A DNA stretch of 47,664 bases from a virus (taxonomy: Duplodnaviria > Caudoviricetes): positions 1-47,664 of IMG/VR virus record IMGVR_UViG_3300027571_000014; one strand, written 5' to 3'. The notes below the pieces were generated by a model that saw nothing but the letters and a program-made list of their open reading frames with translations, was not told where the DNA came from and did not search any database. Positions 18,301 through 27,300 of this stretch are shown one piece after another. The translations under genes were made by a program, and so were the position numbers. Every line of letters begins with the position of its first letter. The stretch's first letter is position 1.

Positions 18301-21300
18301 GTTAATTCATAATAAAGATTATATTTTTGTTGAAGAAAATTTCGTAAAAATTGAATTAAAATTAGATGTTGACGATAAATTAGAAATTTATGAATATAAT
18401 CAAACTGATGGATCTTTTATTCCTCCTACTCCGAGTAAATTAGGATTATATCCAGCTTATCATCCTGAATTAGTTATAGATGAGGAGTGGTTATCGTCAC
18501 AAGGAACAGCGCCTAAAACGTTTTCGGCTTATAAGGTTTACGGTGAAAGTGAAGACTCGCTTCATAGAGGATGGTTTGCACCGCTTTACGTAGATAGAGG
18601 ATATGCTAAAGCAGCAGATCCCGATGGAGCAGTAAAAACAGTTAAAATTAAAGGTTCAAGTACAATTTTTTACGCTCCGGCAAGTTTACTACAGTCCGGT
18701 GTTATGGTAGATATTGAAATTGACGAATATCCGCTCGGTAAAGCTATGATTGTAGGACATGACGGTAGCAGAATACAGGCATTTAAAGACTATCGCGACT
18801 CGCTGTTTTTAGATTTAGAAGCTAGAATATTTAATAATATTAAAATTGATTATAATACTACATTAATTAATATTGACGAATATTTGTCAGGTAAATTTAG
18901 AACTTCTGGTATTGATTCTGAAACTATTAATAGAGTACTGTTAAAGGATTTTATTGTATGGAATAAAGTAAATGGTATTGATTACTCAGCTAATCCGTTT
19001 TATAATGAGAATAATCAGTTTACTTTTAACTATAGTCAAAGTACAAGTAGAGTCGATGGCAGATTACTTCCGGGGTTCTGGCGCGGCGCATATATTGAAG
19101 TATTTGATACTGATCGTCCCCATACACATCCTTGGGAGATGATTGGATTCACAGTTAAGCCTAAGTGGTGGGATGAGCAGTACGGTGCTTCGCCATATAC
19201 TAGTAACAATAGTATTTTATGGACTGACATTGAACAGGGTGTAGTAAGAGAACCAGGCAAGCAAATTAAAATACTAGACAGATATGCTAGACCGGGATTA
19301 AAAGATTTCCTCCCAGTAGACAGCCAAGGTAAATTAAAGTCTCCAGTTGATGCTAACTATGCTAAAAATATACAACTGTCTACAACTAGTGAAGAGTTTA
19401 AATTTGGCGATCATGCTCCTGTAGAAAATGCATGGAGAAAAAGTAGTGAATATCCGTTTAGTATTATAAAAGCAGTGTTATTAAATAGACCTGCAGAATT
19501 TATAGGTAATGGATATGATACTAGTCGAATTAAGAAAAACTTAGCAAATCAGTACGTATATGATGCAACTGATAAACCGATTACATTGCCCGATCTACAA
19601 TTTCCGAGCACACAAAATGACACTACTACTATATTAACTAGTGGACTAGTTAACTTTATTCATAATCTAATTGGAAGTAACGTATTAAAAGTTTACACTG
19701 ATTACAAATATAATGTCGTTAATTTACAAAATAAATTAGGATTTAAACTTGCAGGATATACAGATAAATCTAAAATTAAAATTATTCTCGATAGCAAAAG
19801 TCCATCACAAAAAGAAAATTCAAACATTTTTGTTCCTGAAGAAAATGTCGAAGTTTTACTTAACACAAGCTCTCCAGTTGACAGTGTAGTTTATACTGGT
19901 CTTATAATAGAAAAAGTAAAAAACGGTTTTACAATTAAAGGCTACGATGACGAAACTACATATTTCTCGGTATATAACCCAGTTTCTACAAATTCTGATG
20001 TAGTAATAAGCGAAGCTGGTGTTAGCGGATCTTTAAAGAAGCAATTTAGCCAACAGGTTAGTGAAATACCATATGGTACATTATTTAAAAATGTACAAGG
20101 TGTCCTTGATCATATTATAGGATATGGAAAATATTTAGAAACAAAAGGGTTTACGTTTGATTATTTTGACACCGATACTAATGAAGTAATTAATTGGACT
20201 AATTCGGCTAAACAATTTTTATATTGGGTAGCGCAAGGATGGTCAGACGGTACAACTCTTAGATTAAGCCCAGCAGCGTATGAGTTAAACTTTAAGCAAG
20301 ATTATGCAATTGTTGATGACATTTACGATAATTTTTACAAATATAGTTTACAAAATGAAAACGCTCAGCCATTGCAAAGAAATTTTAGTAGTATTCTAAG
20401 AGATAAAAACAGTTTTAGTCTTAAAATAAAGAATTCTACTAACGGTATATATAATTTAAAGTTACCTCTTGTACAAAAAGAGCATGTTATATTAATTGAC
20501 AACGAAACAATCTTTAATGACATTATCTATCAACCAAGCACCGGGTATAGACAAGAACGTCTGAAAGTAATAGGCTACAGAAGTGATAACTGGGACGGTA
20601 GTCTTAATATTCCAGGATTTATATACGACGATGCAAAGGTAACAGAATGGGAACCTTGGCAAGATTATGAAATTGGCAATCTTGTAAAGCATAAAGAATT
20701 CTACTATGTTGCTTTATACCAGGTATCTGGTGCAGTAGATTTTAATTATAACTATTGGCTTAGATTAAACGATAAACCAGAATCTCAAATGATGACTAAC
20801 TTTGATTATAGAATTAATCAATTTACAGATTTCTATGATACCGAAAGCGATAGTTTTGATTCATCTCAACAACGACTAGCACAACATATTACTGGCTATC
20901 AAAAACGTGATTACCTTGCTAACATTATTAACGATGATATATCTCAATATAAATTTTATCAAGGAATGATACAGGATAAAGGCACAAGAAACTCAATTGA
21001 TAATTTATTCAATTCGTTAAAAGGAAATGATGAAACAATACAGTTTTATGAAGAATGGGCAGTACAAAACGGTCGTTATGGTTCAGACACATCATCACAG
21101 ATTGAAATTGTTTTAAAACAAGACGAAATGAGAGAATCGCCACAATCGATTGAAATTTTAGATTACATTCCAAATGACTTATTTGATACAGTATATCGAG
21201 TGCGAACACATGAACTTTTAGATCGTCCTATTGATAAAACATTTAATGTATTCCCTACAAAAATCTTAGAAGAATTCTCAGAGAGCCGAGGGTACGTTCA

Positions 21301-24300
21301 TGAAGATGACGTTGAATATAAAACTGAATCAATTAACGATCTAAAAACAGTTGATAATAATTTATTATTACCAGGGCAGTATATTTGGATAACAAATCAA
21401 GTACCGAACGATTGGAATGTTTATCAGATTATCGATAGTCAATTTGTAGTAAGAGAGTTACTACAAGATTCTGAAAAAGACGACTTTGATCAAACTACTG
21501 CTGTGCTAACTGTTAGACAAAATAGTTTGTATAGCATTGTGCAAGGTGATTATGTTGCTATTACAGATGCACAGCTCTATAATATATTTGGTTATTTTGA
21601 AGTTAAAGAAATTGATTATGAAAAGATAACAATTATTATACCTGACTCAAATGATTTTATTGATTTTCTTGACGAAGAGTTTTCGTTATCGGTGCTTAGA
21701 TCTGTTAGAGTACAAGACTTTAATGCATTTAATGACATTGCACAAAATTCGATATTTGATAATCAAAAAGCATGGATTGATGATTATGGAAATAACACTT
21801 GGGCAGTTTTAGACAATCAAGCAGTATACAAATCAGTAACGTCTTCAATTAATCCACAAGATCCGGCACTTGCATCAGATTTATCTGCAATTGATCAAAA
21901 CTTTGCAAAAGAAATAACAGTTAGTAAAGACAATAAAGAATTATTTATAGCGTCACCGGAAGCAGATAATGGCAAGGTGTTCTACTATAGACGTAACCAA
22001 GATAATGAAGATTTGGGGTTAGCACAAACATTAACTAATTCGTATGATTTCTATGAAGGCGATAGTACACAGTATGGAGAAAGTATTTCAATATCTGATG
22101 ACGGACTATATCTAGCAGTAGGTGTACCGTATGCAAGTAATGTAAAAACATTCTTTAAAGGACTCTATGCTGAAGATCGAGATTATCAAAAATGGGATAT
22201 TGTAAAATATAAAGAAAGTCTATGGAGAGCAAACGCAAACATTTATGCAAAGCGTGGACAAGTAACGTACAGTACATTTGATAGTTATTTACAAATATTA
22301 AATAGAACCGATGATGATAGTACAATAATTAACTTATTAAGTACTGGTAATCCTACATTGTCAAATGTAACTACTGATCACATTATTGTTAGGGCACCGA
22401 CTGACCAATATCTGGGAAGTAAGCCGGGTGATAAATTAAAATTACAATGGAATAGTAATAGTGATATTTACGAAAATACATACTTACCGTGGAATGGCGA
22501 AATTGCTGAATTAGATAAGGCGTTTATTGAAAGTTTACACACAATATCTGCCAAAATTGACAATATAATTAAAGTTGATAATTATTTCAAAACACCACAA
22601 ATTGGTGATAGAGTTAGAATGTTTACAACTAATTTAGGATCGTCAACTGGTGAAATAACGTATATAGGATCTAATGATGGTAATCTAAACTTGTATCTTA
22701 CTAATGTAAAAGGTACAGTTAATCCAACAGGCGAAATATATGTTGAATCAACTAGTACTGGGGTATTAGATCAAATTGGTAATTTTAATGAAGTTAATTA
22801 CGGCTTTGACGAGTCGTTTAATGGTTATTGGAAAATAGACACAGTGTCATATAACAATGGCGAAAATACATTTGATCAAGGACAAGGATTAGTATATAAA
22901 GATTTATTCAATAGTGATACATATACACCGAGTATTGAGGGTCGTAATGAATATTTTAATATCACAGATACGTTAGCATCAGTTGGCGTTGTTGCAGGCG
23001 ATCGATCATTAGCAAGTATCATAGAGCATTTAAGTAATTCAGAAAAAGAAAGCGATTTATGGCTCACTAGAGTTAGTACAGACTTTACACAGTCAGTAGA
23101 ATCAAAATTTGTTGCAGTAGGCGACGAGAATAATCCGTCTTATAATTTTTATCTATACAATAAAAATAATAATGTACATGAAGCTGGATTTAAATTTGCT
23201 GATATTAATAAAGAACAGCAAGTATACGATATATGGGACGGATATCTTGACTTTGAGTATGAAGCTGTTGAAGGAAGTATTTTTACAATCGAAGTTGGAG
23301 ACATATTAAAGGATGCACAGCGTCTAAGAGATCCATTAGGTAAATTAGCTAATGATTTTATTACTACTGCAAATACTGCTGAAGTACTTTATGTAAAAAC
23401 GTTTGGAGATCTAAATCTACAACGTGTAAGAGCATACATTAAAATAACAGCAGGTGATTGGTCGTTAGAAGAAAATGTTGAAGAATACAAAATCCGTAGA
23501 TTTAGACCAACAGACCCTAACGATCCAGTAGCTGGTAGAGAAGTTGGCGTAGTTAAAGACTTAGAAAATTTTACAAATGCAGTTGTAGTACCATCAGCTA
23601 CAAATGTTGGTAAGTTTTTAGTATTCAAGCAAGATGCAATGTTTGATCAAACTAGTTTAGGTGTAATTAAGGGCAAGGAATATCTGTTCTTTACAGAAAC
23701 TTTCGGAGTTATAGGCGCTGAATCATTAGCTAACATTCCGAGCAGTTTAAATAGTGACTGGGAGCAAGTTTATAACATTACTACACCAGAAGGCGCCGCA
23801 GTAAAAGCAAGCGCCAATCTATCAAACGGTGTAATTAATCAAGGATTAGTAATTATATATTACAAATCAGCACCGGATAACTTTGAAAGAGTTGCACAAA
23901 TAGTTAGTGAACAAAATTTTGAAGTTCCTAATTCACATTTTGGTAAAAAAGTAAAGATAATTTCTTCAGGAACAGGATATAAATTATATGTTGCTAGTTC
24001 TGGATCTGGTGATTCAAATAATCCAGGATGTATTGAATATTTTGAAAATAGATCGTTAGATGGTTCGGTGTTTAGAGGAAACTGGAATAGAAATAATTCC
24101 TATACAATCGGTGAAACTGTATTATTTGCTGGCAAATATTATATTGCTAAAGAATCATTAACTGCAACAACACAAAATGACGGCACTATACTTAATACTA
24201 ACTCGTTCGGTCCAATAAGTTGGAGACGAGTAATTGATACTGATTATAAAGGTATATGGAGCGTTTCTGAAGAATACAAAATTGATAGCATAGTATTACA

Positions 24301-27300
24301 TGAAGGAAAGCAGTATAGAGCTAAAACTAATATTTCTCCGTCGAGTGAAATAAATGAAAGTAATAATCCAGTAACTTCGATAGCTTGGGAACTATTGCAA
24401 ACAACAGTCGAATATCAAAACTTTATTCCAAACTTATCTAGTAATATTATCGATAGTGATGTAACTTTTGATACATCTAATATGGTTAGCTTCATAGAAG
24501 ACTTTGTAATGAGTGATGCAGGTGAAGTACTGATTACAAAAGTTAAAAAAGAAAATCCTGATAGTAGTATTCGTGTTGAAATACTAGTTTATAGATTAGA
24601 ATTAGACGGCAGGTATATTCTAAGTCAGACTATACCAGAGCCTACAAATCCTAGAGAATGGGGATATAGTTTTGACATATCTCCAACTGGCGATAAGTTA
24701 GCAATTTCTGAACCGCATAATAGCGAAGTAGGAAATAATTTTGGTAGAGTACATGTATATTCAACAGTCAATGGCCAGTTTGAATTAAGCCAAGTACTTG
24801 ATCCGCCTAGAAATACAGTTTCACTTAACTTTGGGTACTCGGTATCTTACGGAACTGAAGTTTTATCAATAACAAGCTTTGCTGGACGTATTCTTACAAC
24901 AACTATTTTCGACGGTGACGAAACATTATTTGATTTAGATCAAACAGAATTCCAGAAAGTTAATTATGATCCAGGTGTAGTTTACATATATGAAAATGTA
25001 AGAGATAAATTAATATTCTCTGAAAGCATTGCATACGATAATGTAACTGATACATTTAGAGAAAAAGTAATATTAAATGAGAATCATATATATGTAGCAG
25101 TTCCGGCAAAGGAAAATAATCTATATACTGGTGCATTATACGATTATAGAAAAAATAAAGCCGATAAAGGATGGAAACTATTAAGAGAACGCATTAATCC
25201 AGTCGACTTAGATAAAATTAAAGGTGTGTTTTTGTATAATAGACGTAGTAACTCTGTTGTGTCATACTTAGATTATATCGATCCTATACAAGGAAAAATA
25301 GCAGGTCCTGCTGAAAAGAATATTAAGTTTAAAGTTCCATTTGATCCGGCTATGTACAACATAGGCGCTTCAGCTAATACATTTTATTGGGAAGAAGAGC
25401 AAGTTGGTTTAGTATGGTGGAATACGTCTACGGCGACATTTACATATCCTTACCAAGGTGATATTAATTATCAAAAAGATAATTGGAATGAACTACAGCC
25501 TAATGCTAGTATTGATGTATGCGAATGGGTTGGATCGGAATTATTACCAAGTGTATGGGATAGTATTACAGATACTGCTGACGGATTAGCACAAGGAATT
25601 AGTGGCACAACATTATACGGTGATGATCAATATAGCAAAAAGTTTGTATACGATAGTGAAAGTCAAACATTTACTGAAAAGTACTTTTATTGGGTTAAGA
25701 ATTCAAAAATACTTCCTTCAATTAAGTCTCGTACACTTACAACATTAGATATTGCAAGGCTAATTGCTACGCCAAGGCAACAGGGTTATAGATATGTAAG
25801 TTTATTATCTGATAATAGGTTAGTCTTAAATAATTGTTCTTCATTAATATACAATGACGACATTGTACTTGCAATACGTTTTGATAATAATAGTAAAGTA
25901 CAAAATCAGCATTTGGCATATAAACTAATTACCGACGGACTTGATACCAGTTTACCTTCGAGTAACATTGAATTAAAATGGTTTGATAGTTTAATTGGTT
26001 TTGATGTTAATAATAGGCCAGTTCCGGATATTTTGTTAACTGAAAAACAAAAGTATGGTGTACAATCATCGCCAAGACAGGGTATGTTTAAAAATCGCAA
26101 CGAAGCATTAAAGCAATTTATTGAACGTGTTAACTATGTATTAGATAGAAATTTAATTACAGAAAATTTTGATACGTCGGCATTAAATAGTTTAGATCCA
26201 ATGCCAAGTATTCAGTCTAGTGTGTTTGATTTAATGGTTGATAATGAAACACAATTATCAGTTATTGGAACAAAGGTAAAGCAAGCAAAACTAAAAGCAA
26301 TTATTACAAATGGCAAACTTATCAGAGTTGAAATATTAGATCCGGGTAAAGGATACAAAACTCCCCCAACACTTACAATTATTGGGCAAGGCCAAGATGC
26401 ATTATTAAGGTCGACTATTAACAATTTAGGACAAGTAACAGCAGTCGAAGTTCTGTCAGCAGGTAGTAACTATGCTGAAAATACACAAGTTAAAGTACGC
26501 TTGTTTAGTGTCTTAGTCGAAGCTGACACAGCTATACAAGGTAAATGGGCTATATATTCATACGATGATATAGAATTAAAGTGGAATAGAGTTAAGATAC
26601 AAGGTTATAACGTTACTAGATATTGGAAATATGTTGATTGGTATAAAGAAGGCTATAGCGTACTTACTACACCAGATCGTATTGTAAATAATAGTTATGA
26701 ATTAGCAGATCTAAATGATCAACTCGGAAGTATTGTAAAAATTGAAAATCACGGCACTGGCGGCTGGACATTACTGAAAAAGGTAAAAACAGAAGTGTTT
26801 GAACCTTACGCTAACAACTATCAAATTATTGCTAGAGAAAACGGCACAATTAATTTTAAAAATAATTTGTATACATCAGTTACTAGTGAGTCGGGCTTTG
26901 ATAATAAAAGTTTTGATTCATCATTATATGATATCGATCCTAGAAAAGAAATGCGTATAATTTTAGAAGCTATTAGGGATAATATTCTTATTAAATCTTT
27001 AAAATTAGAATATAATCAGTTATTTATTGCATCACTAAGATACATTCTTACAGAGCAAAATCCAGATTGGTTCTTTAAAACAAGTTTTGTTAAAGTTAAA
27101 CACCTAGCTGGAACACTAACTAAGGACACTACATTTAATGTTGATAACTTAGATAATTTTAAAAAATATATCGAAGAAGTTAAACCTTACAAAACTAATA
27201 TTAGAGAATTTGTGAGTAACTATAAAAACACTGAGCAGCTACCGCTTAGTACAACAGATTTTGACTTACCTCCGTATTTTGATTCATTAACTAATAAAAT

